From contig CM052817.1 in assembly GCA_028534125.1 (NCBI GenBank), positions 68,822,001 through 68,886,000 on the forward strand: 64,000 bases of DNA, in the 5' to 3' direction. Shown here piece by piece: positions 38,530 through 51,869 of the stretch; within the stretch, counting starts at the first letter, position 1, and each line of letters opens with the position of its first letter. Source of the DNA: Lama glama (Eukaryota). The notes beneath the pieces were generated by a model. It was not told the DNA's origin. It saw only the letters and a list, made by a program, of their open reading frames with translations, and did not search any database. A program made the position numbers and the translations under genes.

Positions 38530-39462
38530 GACACCTCCTAGGTGCTGCTTCAGATTCTCTGTTTGCCTGTCTTTGGAGCTCTTGACTCTTTGCTCTGGCT
38601 GCTGCCATGAAGACCCACCCACTCCCTATGCAAGTCTAGGCAGTCCATTATCTGACCTGTTGAATGCAAACCAGAAACCCCCATGGACAAACATTGACCA
38701 ATGAAAGATGGTGGAAGCAGACAGATAAAGTCCTGCTCCATTTCCTCTTCTTTGTCTATTTTGGGGCATGGTGTTTCTTTACAGCCTGCCTGTAGATGTT
38801 GTAAGTGTCAGCTGAAATAAATGTGCAGCCTAAAAGTTGAGAGGTTTGTTTAATTTGGCGGGAGGACTCGAGCTGGGATGGCAGCCTCTCAGATCACTCT
38901 GAAGGACTGCTCTGAAGAGGTAGAGGAGGAGCTAGGATATATAGGAGCTTTACAACAAAGACCAGGTAGATCGAACATTAAAAGATTACTTGTTAACTAA
39001 AGAAAACCAGACATCTCAAGTTAAATAATTTAGCACTTTTCTATGTATGGGAGGGAGCAAACATTTGGGCTCATTGAATTCATTCCTTTGACAAGCACCT
39101 AGCAATCTAGGGCCAGTCTTCTGTCCTTTCTTATTCTGAGTCCCCTCAGAGTGCACCATTGTGAGTGGCTGCAGAGGCTGGGCTGCAGGCTTGTCTTCAC
39201 TGGGGGGTGGCAGCAGCGGCTGATGACTTGATGGCTTCAGCATTCTTTGTTTACTGATATGGTTCGCAGTATGTTTCGTTCATATAAGTAACAGAGGGAA
39301 GATTGTGTCTCTTCATGAAGAAAAGACCTCTGAGTAATTCACCACCTCTTCATTTCTCATTCTTTGCCTTATTTTCCTTTTAGCTACTCTGGCATTGCTC
39401 ATCAAAGCATCAGTACTCAAGCTCTGGTTCAGGCTCTGTGTTCTAGGCAACCTGGGCTAAGG
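38530..39462 (+). mobile_element. Old ERVL LTR (LTR16/LTR33-like), split by an ERV1 LTR
   Basis: Motifs 'gaccaatgaaagatggtggaag' and 'caagctctggttcaggctctgtgttctaggcaacctgggctaag'. Confidence 0.55.
38806..39284 (-). mobile_element. ERV1 solo LTR, MER41-like
   Basis: Termini tgtca...ttcata with 4-bp TSD taag at 38802-38805 and 39285-39288. Internal motifs 'cagcctctcagat...ctctga', 'ggatatatagga', 'agacatctcaagttaa' and 'ttctatgtatggga'. Confidence 0.82.
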
Positions 39463-39574
39463 AGATGCTCCAAAGTAGATTTTTAGAGCTGAATTATGGG
39501 TAAGATTTGTGTTTTTCTTATTTTCTCTACATGTCTTTTGTGTTCAGTAACAGAAAAGGGAAAGAAGGTAAGAG

Positions 39575-39790
39575 AGAACCAGTGTTTAGCCAGTATTGAT
39601 TTTGAGTTAGTTACTCTGCTAGTTGTTTTATGTACTCATAACAAAATCACAATTTACATAATTTGATCCCTATTTTACAAATGAGGAAAATGATGCCCAG
39701 AAAGTTTTATGCAATGTATTTAAAGTCATACATCTAGTAAGTGAAAGCATTGCGATTGAAAGCCAGATTTATTTGCATACAAAAGCACAT
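39575..39790 (-). mobile_element. MIR
   Basis: Core 'cctattttacaaatgaggaaaatgatgcccagaaag...aagtcatacatctagtaagtg'. Confidence 0.75.
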
Positions 39791-41321
39791 GTTTTTCTCT
39801 TTAACAGTCAATCTGTTTAAATCAGTAATAGAATATGATGTATAAGACAGGATTTTTAAGTGGCTTATTAGCATAAATAGTAAGTGACAAAATAATATAT
39901 CTGATCTATCAAGAGTCATGGAGAATTTACAAGGCAAACATGGTTATCTTCTGGATGCCACCCTGCTTCAACTTAATGCTACTCTCAGTCTTTATAAGAT
40001 GAAAGAGTTTCTACTAAAAATCATAGAGTTGAACTAATATGACCTCCGGTTGCTGTAACTGATGCACAAAACCCCATGTATTTATGCTCCAGCATGTAGC
40101 TTTGCCAACACAATCTTGACATCTGCCACAGAGGTATTTTTTCCCAAAATGTGTTGACAACAGCAGTGACTATAGAGTTATTTGTCATGTTTTTGGTGGT
40201 GGTGTTTTGGTATTATCTCCAAAGCAGAAAATAAGTTCTAGTATTCTTCCCTGGTGAGAAGTCACCTTATATTGTACTATATATTATTTTAATACAGATT
40301 AATCCTGAAGAAAAAATCTCTTTTGGTGTGTAAGGGGTTATATGCACTGAGTGCACTGGGTATTATGCCTCACAGGAATTCCCTAGTTCACTGTTAATAT
40401 ATATAACTTTGTTTGACTTCCTGTTACTGTTTGGTCATTTGGGGTCTCATGTTTTTTTACTGTAGCATTTTAAGAGGGTGTTATGTAGATCTGATTAAAC
40501 AGCTCTGGCTCTATTCATCATTTACCCTTTTCCTTTCTGAAGTCAATGAGGGTCTAAGGGTTAATTTAAGTAGTGCATAATGCGCTATAATTTTTTCCTG
40601 GAATATATTGTCTTGTTTATGAACTTACATTCAAAAGAGTAAAAGCACCTAGAACTTCTTCCCAATAGTCTTTGTGGAAGGTGCAAAGTCATAAATTAAC
40701 AATAAGCATGCTCTAGAGAAACACTGCAATCATGCAGGAAATTTCCATGTTATATTATCTGTCCTTCCTTGGCCAGCTCTTGCAAAATTAGTCTTTGTGA
40801 GAAAGATTAACAGATGTAGTTGAATGAATCCTTCTTTTGGAATAGTATGGGATTAGGATCAGCCCTTTCACTTAGAATGTTCTGTGTGACATTTTACTTT
40901 TCTCTTTGGAAAGTGAAATAACTTATATTGAGCTCACACTCACAATGATTCATCATCCTTTTGTAAGATTATGGAATTTAGGAAAAGTTGTGAATTATTG
41001 AGAAAGCTTAGAAAAGGGGTACCAAAAGTTGTGAGTATGACATCAATAGTTCACATTCTTCAGAAAAAGGAGTTATTACGGAGGAATAAGATTTAAGATG
41101 TTTTACCTCTCAAAACTATTGCTGAATTTCAGCACTTAATGGACCTATATGATATCTTGCATTCCTGATTAGATTATAACCTAATCCTCCAATGCCAATT
41201 TTTGAAATGGTGAGTCAAAAGGCAGCTTTAGTGTGTACCCTGAGACCTACACTCTCACCCTGATTTTCAAGGATCTAGGAGAAGAATATAGGGAGGTTAC
41301 ATGTGGAATATATAAAACAAG

Positions 41322-41323
<2 letters not shown>

Positions 41324-41359
<36 letters not shown>
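41324..41359. repeat. Perfect (TG)n microsatellite, ~18 units
   Basis: Uninterrupted TG run. Confidence 0.97.
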
Positions 41360-41361
<2 letters not shown>

Positions 41362-42749
41362 CTGCCTTCTATTGCATGCAGTGCAGCTCTCTATTTGTCT
41401 CCTTAACTACCCCCCTGTGATACAGGTGTCAAATCACACTCAATACTAGATGTTCCTGGACCAAATCCTTAAAAGTTTGCTTGTTTCCTGCCCAAACACT
41501 GCTCATAACCCCTCACTTGACCCTGCAACCGCCTATAAAATATAAGCCATGTAATTATTTTAAAAGACGTCTTTCCCTTTGTATTGTAAGTAAATATGTT
41601 AATGCAAATATGGTGGGATATGATTATTTGAAGTTTTATGAAGTCTACTTGCAGTTCTCTGTACTTACTTTTTCTTTCACCACTTAGCATTTCATACAAT
41701 CAGAGGTATTCAACTCAGGTGAGAAACACCGAACAGAAAAACAGAAAAGAGAAAAAATACCTTTTAATTTCCCCAACCATAAGCTTTGAATTGCAAAACT
41801 TTATTTCTAAAAAACTTAGGGGATATAAAATCCATGATGCTGTAAAAGAAATCTTCTTTTTATGTACACTGAAAAATGTTCCCAGAACAAGTAGGAGAGA
41901 TGGGAGAATAAATCATTTTCCGCTGACAAATCCCAAAGAAAGGGTTCGCTATATGCCAGAGGGGAGGAGAAAGGTATAATAGACCCTCAGATAAGTTGGA
42001 GTAACTGAGAGCAGAAGGGTCCTATTTGATCACCTTCCCCAAAGTGTTCCATGTAGGGCCTGGGAAAGTAGAAATCCTCTGGAGGGTGGATGATTTTTCC
42101 AAGTTAGCCTCATAATTACCTAAGACTCAGAGCAGATGGGAGCAGTAGAATGTTTCCCATGTAGCAAAGATGTCCAGCAGTGACCAAAACAAATCAGTTA
42201 TGGGAGAAAAGATGGGAATGCATATTCCATAACAGATGAGATATCAGTATGAGTATTTGGTATATCCAGTGATCAGCTGTATAATCCCCCAATCCACACT
42301 GTGACACAGTGGAGTCAACTTTCTGGGTAAGTCCAGAAGGAGGTTAGGGAAGACTGAGATTAACTCCTCAGACTTTTGTGGAATATGATTCAAGAGAAAA
42401 AACAAATTTGGTTATAGGAAAGAAAATGTAAATTTCTTCATTTATTTCACTCTAGTATTTATGGAATGCAATTTGCATCCATTTCCCTATCCTCCCCTGC
42501 CCTCCCCACAAATTCTACCTCTTAGGATGCTGGACATCCTGGCCTCCTGACATCTTCCCCTCCCTTCAGGTCCTCTTGGCTGAGCATTTTCCAAGGCTCA
42601 GGCTCCCTGGGTGAGGAACAGTGCAGACAGATCCCTTGGCCTATATGGCAGGCTGCTCAGCCATCCCATGATGTTTACAGTCAGTTTAAAATAAACTGGC
42701 ATTTAATATATGAAAAAAGTTCAGAGGAAGGGAATAGTCACTAGGTTAT

Positions 42750-43208
42750 TGTCAGTGTTGTGCAAATGTTAGAGACTACTAGCTGTTTAACAAATATTTC
42801 TCAAAAAAACCCCAGAAGTTCATATAGCATATGCCAATATCTATGGGGTGATTTAAAGCTAGCAACTTAGGATGTAGGTAGTAGATGTAGAGGGGTCTAT
42901 ATATGGGCAGTTGAATGGATGGATGGATGATAGGTGGGTGAGTAAATGCATGAGTGGATAGATGGATGTATAGATGGACACCTGAAGAGTTGGATGAGTG
43001 GAAAGGTGCATGGAAGGAGAGGTGGGCAGATGGATGGATGGTTGGGCTGTTGAATAATTGAAGTAAGAATCCCTAGACACTGTTCTTAAAGAACTGGTGA
43101 GTTGGCTGATTTTAAGCTACCAACTATTAATGAATGTGAAAATGGGAAAGAGATGCACAAAATCATCTCTCACAAGTTGGTACCTGCCGGTTCCAGCCAA
43201 TCATTGGC
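42750..43208. mobile_element. MER63-like hAT-Blackjack element interrupted by a (TGGA)n tract
   Basis: Left 'cagtgttgtgc...tgtttaacaa'. Right 'atctctcacaagttggtacctgccggttccagccaatcattg'. Confidence 0.55.
42870..43048. repeat. Degenerate (TGGA)n / (TAGA)n simple repeat
   Basis: Repeated ggat/ggtg units. Explains the HP/S-rich ORF 42859..43080. Confidence 0.85.
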
Positions 43209-43819
43209 AACTGTCTATATGTACATGGGAAAGATACCTTCTCTTCTCAGTGACTTACAGGTCCAAATGTGGAGCTCTGCTAGTTCACTGATGGGTGTCG
43301 ACTATTTCTGAAGCAAAGGAAGAATCTAAAGAGTTATTTTTTAACAGGAATAATATCCTTGCAAGGAGTTGCATTTCAGACATAGTCTATCTCATCTGGA
43401 GGATGACTATGAATTTTATATTCCTTGACCCTCATTGCTCAGAACCGTATTCAATAATAGCATTTTATTGGCAGATTTCAGGAAGAACAAGTGAAGAAAA
43501 TTAATTTAGACAGAGTTTATATTTAGGATCAACATAACTGGAACATGCACAGAAATCACAAAGGTCAGGACAAAAGTACAGGCAATGGGAGCAGCTGAAG
43601 TTGAAGCTATTGCTGTATATCCAGTGCTTAAGGGAAAAATTGTATAGATTCTGTTCCAAGATATTTAAGTTCTATGCTTACCTAGAGTTTATATTTATTA
43701 GGTTGTTTAATTAGAACCTAGAGGCAATACAAGATACTTTTTAGGCTTTATTTTATTATGTCTATTGTATACTTTTTGCCACTTTTCTAAGTGTATTAAA
43801 TGTGTTACTTAAGCAATTA

Positions 43820-43925
43820 TTGGGACAGTATGAGACAGGCGTTATTATGACCATCTCCATATTTCAGATGAGAAACTAAGGCTTAGTGAGGGTAGGTAAC
43901 TTGCTCAAGGATCACATCTTTCTGC
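43820..43925 (-). mobile_element. MIR core
   Basis: 'cagatgagaaactaaggcttagtgagggtaggtaacttgctcaagg'. Confidence 0.75.
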
Positions 43926-45919
43926 TCTCTGTTGGATGATAGGAACAACTCCTCACTGATAGAAATAATGGTGTTTATCCAGTTTTCTTTGGAAGATAGT
44001 TTCATAGAATGAGTTCCTGATCATCAATTTACTGTATTTTTCCTTGGTACATAGTGAGGTGATCAGTAAATATTTATTGGATAAGTGAGTTAAACCCTTG
44101 CTTTATTTATTCTGGCTTTGCCCGTTTTGATTATTTGAAACAATCCTTATAGTTTATCATCTTGTTGTTTTCCTTGCTGGTCCATTGAACAGTAGTTTTA
44201 TCAATATTTACCAAAAAAATCAGTGAAATTTTATCCTCAGCACTTGCACAGTAAGTTTAAAGTAAAAACAGACAAACTAAAAAGTTTTATTTTTAACCAT
44301 TTTCCACCATAATTGGATTCTATAGATTACTTATAGAAATGTGGTTTTTAATTAATACAGCTTTGGGTGTGGGATGTTTTGATGAGAGTATATAGAAGCT
44401 TGAAAGAAGATGATAAAAACTGAATGAAGTGAGAAAAGGCAAATAGAATCTTTATGCTTAGTGACCCCAAAATATTTAATATTCTCAATTTCTATGACTT
44501 CTGTAAAGTCACAGCATTAAAGAATTATTTTTGTTCCCAATGAGGTTAATTCAATTAGAGGGAAAATTAAATATTACAGGAGAAAAAATTTCATACCATC
44601 TGAAAAGTGGATTATGTATGGGTTACTCAGAGAGAAGTGACTCCCACGCCCAATTCATGGTGATCCATTCATGTTGACCACATGGACCACAGTCAGCTCA
44701 TGCAGTCTACTGCGAAGAGCTTGTTGAGCACTGATTTTAGAACATGGCCACCACTCGCCAGAATAGGAATCGTGCTATAATATCCAAATTGCGTCCTAAA
44801 GTCTGTGTCACCATGTCTCCCTTTTCTCATACATTGATGCAACTGACCAGTCAACAGGGTTTACTCCTTTATTTCCTTTCTAACTGTTCTTCTAAAATAA
44901 GGTCTATCATAAATTTAAAGCTAAGTTCAAACAAAATCTTAAAAACATAAAATGGGGTCAAATGTGAGTAATCTCAGCACAGTTTCTAGTTATTGCTCTT
45001 CGCATCCCTTCGTAGTTCTCTGTCCCTAATCAAACAGCACTCACCCCTCCTCTGCTCTCCCACCCTTTTCCCTTTCCACTGTGTAACTGCAGACTTGGAA
45101 AGTATGCTTTATGTGATGACACATTATTTCGGTCTTTGCCTGGAGCTCTGTGATCTTGGCCAGTGAGCTCATTCTTGTTAACAAACCATCTTCACTCTTT
45201 CATATATCCAGAATAGAAGTTTTGGATCTGGTGTATGATTAACTACTGGTGCTCTTTGCATAAATGTTTTATTTGTGCTGACATGTCTTGTCATTTGTGT
45301 GAAAGCCATTGCTGCCCTAGTGACTAAATTGTTGGGGATATAAATTATAAAAGACTAATTCAAACAGTGAAATAAATGGCTCTTAAATTATTTTCAAATG
45401 GGAAAAAAGTGCCATCAGATGTTTAATGGTTCAAATGAAAGTTACATAGCACCATCAGTGATTTATTTTATGGAGTGACTGATGCCAAGGTAACTGCAAC
45501 ATGCAGCTTTAATTTCGTCACCCTGTCTTTCATGGAGTCATGTCAACACAGCATCATTCATGTCAGTTACACAACTTAACAAAATATATGGGAAAATGCT
45601 TTCATAAGTCATCTTGGCAGTAAATTAACAGACTATTGAGTCTATAATTTTATGGTAAATACTTATTTTCCAAGTTGGTTTGAAAGGTAACTATCCTTCA
45701 AATTTGAATTGATATAGAGAAGGGGAAACATTCGTCTCAGGCCCAGAAGACACTTTTTAAGGTGAATATGGGAATTATCCTCAGTAAGAAATAATAATTT
45801 GTGAACCTGCTAACGGAAGGAAGTTAGAAATCCCCAAAATGGGAATCCATACTCTTTTATTTCCCCTACTAATCAGATAACAATACCTTGTGTATATGTA
45901 TGCATGGTGATTTGTTGTT

Positions 45920-46120
45920 TAAAAACCACTTTATGTGCACATTGCCTCATTAAATATACACAATGATTATAATATAGTTGTTTATCATTTCTATTTCTTA
46001 GGCAAGAAAACTGAGACTTTTGAAAACTGATTTTTCAAGGTCACAAAATTAGAGTCAGAATCAGAACACAACTTTGTATTCTGTGACTCAAAGTTTAAAT
46101 CTCTTCTTACTGCCCCTTGG
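45920..46120 (-). mobile_element. MIR
   Basis: 'aagaaaactgagact...ttcaaggtcaca...tgactcaaag'. Confidence 0.6.
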
Positions 46121-47305
46121 CTTCTTTAATTGACTGTATGATCATATATACTAGGAGCTTAGTGGAGACATATCAATCATTTCGGCTGTCTAGCTGATAT
46201 ATATGGTTAATTATCTGATCCAGTTACATACCAAAATTTACCTCAATCACAAAACAGTAAACATAAATACTTAAAAAAGTTACCTAGCTTTCTTGACATG
46301 GTCACTGCCAATATTGAGTTATATATTACATTGGATATTTATTTTCTGGTACTGTGGTCATACATGAAGTACTAATAAGTATTAGGGAGATCTGTGAGGG
46401 GAGGGTTGTGGCTTATTGTCCTTTCCTGGACCAAAGAGAATTTTGAAGTCTAAGAGTTTATTTCAGTGAAGATGAAACTAATATAGGCCGAATGAATAAC
46501 TTAATCCAAGACTGAAAATTGGCCCAATTATAATTGGAAATTTTGTCTTATATTTCTTGTTCAATATCCCATTCCCTATTCAAATGAGTCAGTGTAAGTA
46601 TTTTATTGATCTACCGCTGAGCTATACACTCCCTCACAATGTACCAGAAGCTTTAAAAGCTTTATAATGTCTGTGTTAGTACTGTCATTTGATCTTGCCA
46701 GACTTAAGATTTTGTTTAAGTTCAAAACATTGAAATATTAGATATAGGTCGTTCTTATACTTGGGCTCACCATACGCTCTCATTCCATTTATTCTTGTTG
46801 CTGGTAAATAGTGGTGGTTCCTTTTTTGTGTGAGTTCTGTTTTGAAAGGCAATCAAAATGAAGAGAGCTGGAAGAAATGGTTTAAAGTGTCTGTATATGT
46901 AAAACATTTTAAAATACCTTTATTCAGGTCCAGTTGACATATGATCAATTGCACATATTTAAAGTATACAACATGAGAAGTTTTCACAACTGTATAAACT
47001 CATAAAACCACCACTGCAATCACAACAATGAATATATCTATCATCCTGAAAGTTCTTTGTGCCCCTTTTCATTCCCTGCCTCCTGCTCCTTTGTGCCCCA
47101 TTCCCATCTGTGGGTAGTTCTAATGTCCATCACTACAGAGCAGTTAACATGTTTTTGAAGTTGATGTGAATGGAATCAAAAAACATGCACTCTCCTTTGC
47201 CTTGCTTTTTTAACCCAGCTCAACATTGGAGATATCAATTTTGTGTGTATCAGCAGTTCATTTAATATTAAGTGAGTTTATACAAGATCAAGATGCAAAG
47301 AATGG

Positions 47306-47335
47306 TTGTGTATGTGTGTGTGTATATATATATAG

Positions 47336-47366
<31 letters not shown>

Positions 47367-47391
47367 ATGTATGTGTGTATATGTATATATG
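47306..47391. repeat. (TG)n/(TA)n compound microsatellite
   Basis: Directly visible. Confidence 0.9.
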
Positions 47392-47705
47392 CAGCAAATA
47401 ATCATTGCTGAGCAGTACTTCAACACATGGTTATACCACAATGTGATATATCTGTTGATAACATTTAGGTTGTTTTTATTTTTTAGCTATTACAAATAAA
47501 GTTACTATAAATTTCATGTACAACTATTTGTATGGATACTTGCTTTCATTTCTCCTGAAATACCTAGAAATGACTTGTGTATACATACACAGAAAGTTTT
47601 TTTTAACTTTTTAAAACACAGCCAAACTTTTCCCAAAGTGATAGTACCATTTTATATCCTTACCAGCTGTAAGAGTTTAAGTTGTTTCACACATTTTTCA
47701 ACACT

Positions 47706-48062
47706 TATACCATGGACTGAATTGTGTCCTACCAAAATTCATTGTTCAAGCTCAATGTGATGATATTTTGAGGTGGGACCTTTGGGAGATTATTAAATTT
47801 CAGTGAGATAATGAGGGTGAAACCTTCATGATGATGGGATTAGTGCCCTTATAAGAAGAGACACTGGAGAGCTTTTTGTGCTTTCTCCTTGCCCCCTCCA
47901 AATGAGGACATAAGAAGGAAGCCATCTGTGAGCCAGGAAGAGACCCTCACCAGAACCAGGATATACTGGCAGCCTGATCTCAGATTTCTAGCCTCCAGAA
48001 CTGTGAGAAAATAAATTTTTGTTTATAACCACCCAGTATATGGAGGCCTGAGCAGATAAAGT
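47706..48062 (+). mobile_element. MaLR solo LTR, MLT1A-like
   Basis: Motifs 'atggactgaattgtgtcc', 'gggattagtgcccttataagaagagac' and 'agcctccagaactgtgagaaaataaat'. Confidence 0.9.
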
Positions 48063-48454
48063 TACTTGGTATGATCAATCTTTTTAAATTTTAGATATTC
48101 TAATAGATATGTAGTGGTATCTCACTGTGGTTTTAATTTGCACTTTTTAAAATGACTAACAGCTTCGAATATCTTTTCATGTGCTTATTTGACACCATGT
48201 ATCTTCTCTTGTGAAGTGTGTGTTCAAATCATTTCCCCATTTTAAAATTGGGGTGTTTGCTTTCTTATTGTTGAGTTTTGATAGTTTGTCATATATTTTA
48301 AAACAAGTTCTTTATGTGATTTACAAATATTATCTTGCAGTGTAGTCTTTCAGTTTTCCTAGTAGTATCTTTTAAAGAGCAGAAATTCTTAATTTTGAGT
48401 AAGTCCAATTTACTTTTATGGAGTATACTTTTGGTGGTAACTACGATACCATTC

Positions 48455-48905
48455 CCTGTAGGAAATCAAAATGGTGCAACCACTTTGAAAAAGTCTGGTG
48501 GCTCCTTCAACAACTAAACATAGATTTATCTCTAAGACCTTGCAATTTCACTTCTAGGTATAAACTTTATTGAGAGAAATTAAAACATGTCTACATAAAC
48601 AGTTGCACAAAAGTGTTTATAACAGAACTATTCATAATAGTTAAAATATGAAATCAAACCAAATTCCCATAAATTAATGAATGGATAAACAAAATGTGAT
48701 GAAATGGAACATTATTTGGCCTAAAAAAAGAAATGAAATAATGACATATGCACAAAATGGATGAACTTTTAAAACAGTATGCTCAGTGAAAGAAATCAGT
48801 CACAAAAGACCATATATTATATAATTCCATTCATATGAAATGTTCAGAATAGAGAAATCCATAGAGACAAAAAGTAGATTAGTGGTTGCTGAGGAGTTTG
48901 GATGG
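48455..48905 (+). mobile_element. Old L1M 3' fragment
   Basis: Motifs 'aaatggtgcaaccactttgaaaa', 'gaatggataaacaaaatgtg' and 'aaatccatagagacaaaaagtagattagtggttgc'. Confidence 0.85.
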
Positions 48906-48907
48906 GT

Positions 48908-49325
48908 CTGATACTGCTTTTGGTTTACCATTTTCCTAGGTAAAGGTAGTTCTGATGGCTTCCACTTGGCCTTTCCCATCATAATAGCACTCACTTCACA
49001 GGTCAGGGAACTAATATGGGAATTCTGCCAGTTAAGTATGTCAATTCCAATAATGCATTCTGGAACTGGGAAAATAAACCAAATGAGTCTGGGGACCCAT
49101 TGAACTCATTAAGAGATGGACCTGAGCTAAAATACAATTGTTGAACTGACCTCTGTAAGCCTAGACTTTGATTGGTAGACCACAGTGATATTTTGGGTCT
49201 CCTGTAGTTAGTGTCATTTCACAGCCAGTGTCCTGTAGTCCCCCGAAATCTTATTCTCTTTTCCTCAATGTGCAGTTACACTGGTAAAAGACTATTGGTC
49301 TCATTGGGGAAGGCTGGGAGAAAAA
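48908..49325 (-). mobile_element. ERVL internal fragment (protease to RT start)
   Basis: Minus strand encodes degenerate DTGCEMTL..GDPKYHCG (aspartyl-protease DTG motif), PECIIGIDIL and AIMMGKAKWKPSELPLPRKMVNQKQY (ORF 48800..48994). Confidence 0.88.
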
Positions 49326-49339
49326 TTGACAGAATAAAG

Positions 49340-49702
49340 CATTTTTTCCTTCTCCTTGAATATTGTTAGCTATTCTGGGTGTTTTGCTTCTCTATATAAA
49401 CTTTAGAATCAGTTTAACAATAATCACAAAGTAACTTGCTTGAATTTCTACTGGGATTGCATTGAATCTATAGATCAAGGTGGAAAAAGTCCTAACATCT
49501 TGAAAAGATTGGGTTTTCCTATCTCTCAACTTGAAATATTTCTCCATTTATTTATTTGATATCTTTTGTTAGAATTCTGTAGTTCTTTCATATAAATCTT
49601 GTGCATAATTTGTTAGATTTATGTCTAATTATATCACTTTGGAGGGTGCTAATGTAAATGGTAATGTGTTTTTAATTTAAAATGCTAGTTGTTCACTGAT
49701 AG
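49340..49702 (-). mobile_element. Old L1 ORF2 fragment
   Basis: Motifs 'gggattgcattgaatctatagatcaa' and 'gctaatgtaaatggtaatgtgttttt'. Confidence 0.85.
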
Positions 49703-49704
49703 TG

Positions 49705-51620
49705 TGTGCTTAACAACAATACATCAAACTACTTGATTCAAAAACTCATAGTGCAAGAAATAATAGATAAATCCACTATTATAACCTGGAGATTTTAACA
49801 CCCCTCTGTCAGATATGGACAGATCCAACAGGCAAAAAGTCAATAAGGGTGTAACTGAACTCAACAGCATAATTGTATAATTGACATCAATAGAATATTT
49901 TGAGATTTGCAGATACTAATATATATAAAATAAACAACAAGTTTATACTGTATATAGCACAGGGAACTATATTCAATATCTTGTAGTAACTTATGGTGAA
50001 AAAGAATATGAAAACAAATATATGTATGTTCCCATATGACTGAAGCATTGTGTTGTACACCAGAAATTGACACATTATAAACTGGCTATACTTTAATAAA
50101 AATATTTTTTAAAATAATAAATAAATATTTCAGCCAACAACAGTCAGAATATAAATTCTCCTCAAGTTCACCTGAAACATTCACCAAGATGGACTATGTT
50201 CTGAACCATAAAATACACATTAACAAATTTAAAAGAATGAAAATTGTACAATTACTTCTCTGAGACAACAATGGAATTAAACTAGAAACCACTAACAGAA
50301 AGCTAGCTGGAAAGCCTTAAAGTATATGGAGGTTAAACAACAGACTTCCAAATAACCATGGGTCAAAGAATAAATCTCAAGGTAAAATTTTAAATATTTT
50401 GAACTATGTGAGAATGAAAACATTTATTAAAATCTATGGGATGCAGTAAAAACAGTGCTTAAGAGGAATCTATAGAATGGAATATATATATATTAGAAAA
50501 GAAGGAGGATCTAAAATTAAAAACCTAAACTTCTACCTTGGGAAAGTGGAGAAAAGGACAAATTAATTCCAAAGTAAGCAGAAGAAAAGAAATAATAAAA
50601 ACTGGAGCATAAATCAATGAAACTAAAAAAAGAAGAGAGAAGACATAAGTTACTAACATCAGAAATGAAAGAAGGGACATCATTACAGCTCCCAAAGATA
50701 TCAAAAGGATAATAAAATAATGTTATGAATAACTCTGTACCCACAAATTTAATAACCTGGGTGAAATGGACTAATTCCTTAGAAGACACAAAAAAATATT
50801 TGCCAAAGCTTACACAAGAAGAAACAGACAATCTAATAAGCCTATATCTATTAATAAATTGAACCATTAATTAATAACCTTCCAAAACAGAAAGCACCAG
50901 GCCCATTCTACCAAACACTTGGCAAATTCTACCAAATATTTAAGGAAGAAATTATACCATTTCTCTACAATCTCTTCTAGGAAATAGAAGCAGAAGGACT
51001 TCTTCCTAACTCATTTCATGAAACTAACATTATTCTAATACCATAAGAAAAGAAATCTAGAGATCAATATCTCTCATGAACATAGATGCAAAAACCATCA
51101 AAATATTAGCACATCAAATTCAAGAATGTATAAAATAAAAAGAATTATACAGTGTGACTACGTGGATTTATTCCAGATGTGCAATGCTGGTTTGACATTC
51201 AAAAATCTAATAACGTAATCCATCACATCCACAGTCTAAAGAAGCAAAATCTCATGATCATAGCAATAGATGCAGAAAATACATTTGACAAAATCAAACA
51301 CTCATTTATGATAAAAACTCTCAGCACACCAGGAATAAAAGAAACTTCCTCAACTTGAGTTTTTAAAAATTTACAAAATCCTTCAGCCAACATCATAAAC
51401 TTAATGGTGGGAAACTCGAAGATTTTCTGCTGAGATCAGGAACAAGGCAAGCATGTTCCCTTTCACCACTCCTTTTCAACATTATACTGGAATCCTTAGC
51501 TAATACAATGAAACCAGAAAAGGAAATAAAAGGTATACATATTGAAAAGTAAGAAATAAAATTGTTTGCAAATAACATGATTGTCTGTATAGAATATCCA
51601 AAAGAATAAACAAGAAAAAA
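49705..51620 (+). mobile_element. Old L1 ORF2 (endonuclease to RT), decayed
   Basis: Motifs 'ggagattttaacacccctctgtca' (GDFNTPLS), 'caatggaattaaactagaa', 'atatctctcatgaacatagatgcaaaa' and 'tttgcaaataacatgattg' (decayed FADDM). Confidence 0.92.
49901..50122 (+). mobile_element. Short young L1 3' end nested in older L1
   Basis: Near reverse complement of 22705-22915. Ends 'ctatactttaataaa'. Flanked by an aatattt repeat. Confidence 0.9.
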
Positions 51621-51869
51621 AAACCTTCCTTATAAAATAACAATCAAACAAACATACAAACAGTAATCCGGAATCTGGTTTGGAGGACAACAGAAATTAG
51701 AGAGAAAAATGAAAGAATGTTGGGTAACATGGTAGAATGTTGGAGTCCATGTTGGGGAAAAGGCACCCAGGACTTTTTAAGTACAGGGAACTCTAATATG
51801 TATGGTTTTCTGCTATTAAGAGTTAAGGGAAGGACTTACCATTACCCTGAATTAATGAAAATTGCTAGT

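Larger units (their letters stand above)
46915..48440 (-). mobile_element. Old L1M 3' region interrupted by an MLT1A LTR
   Basis: Motifs 'gttgacatat...tgcacatatttaaagtataca', 'gtagtggtatctcactgtggttttaatttgc' and 'aaagagcagaaattcttaattttg'. Confidence 0.85.
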
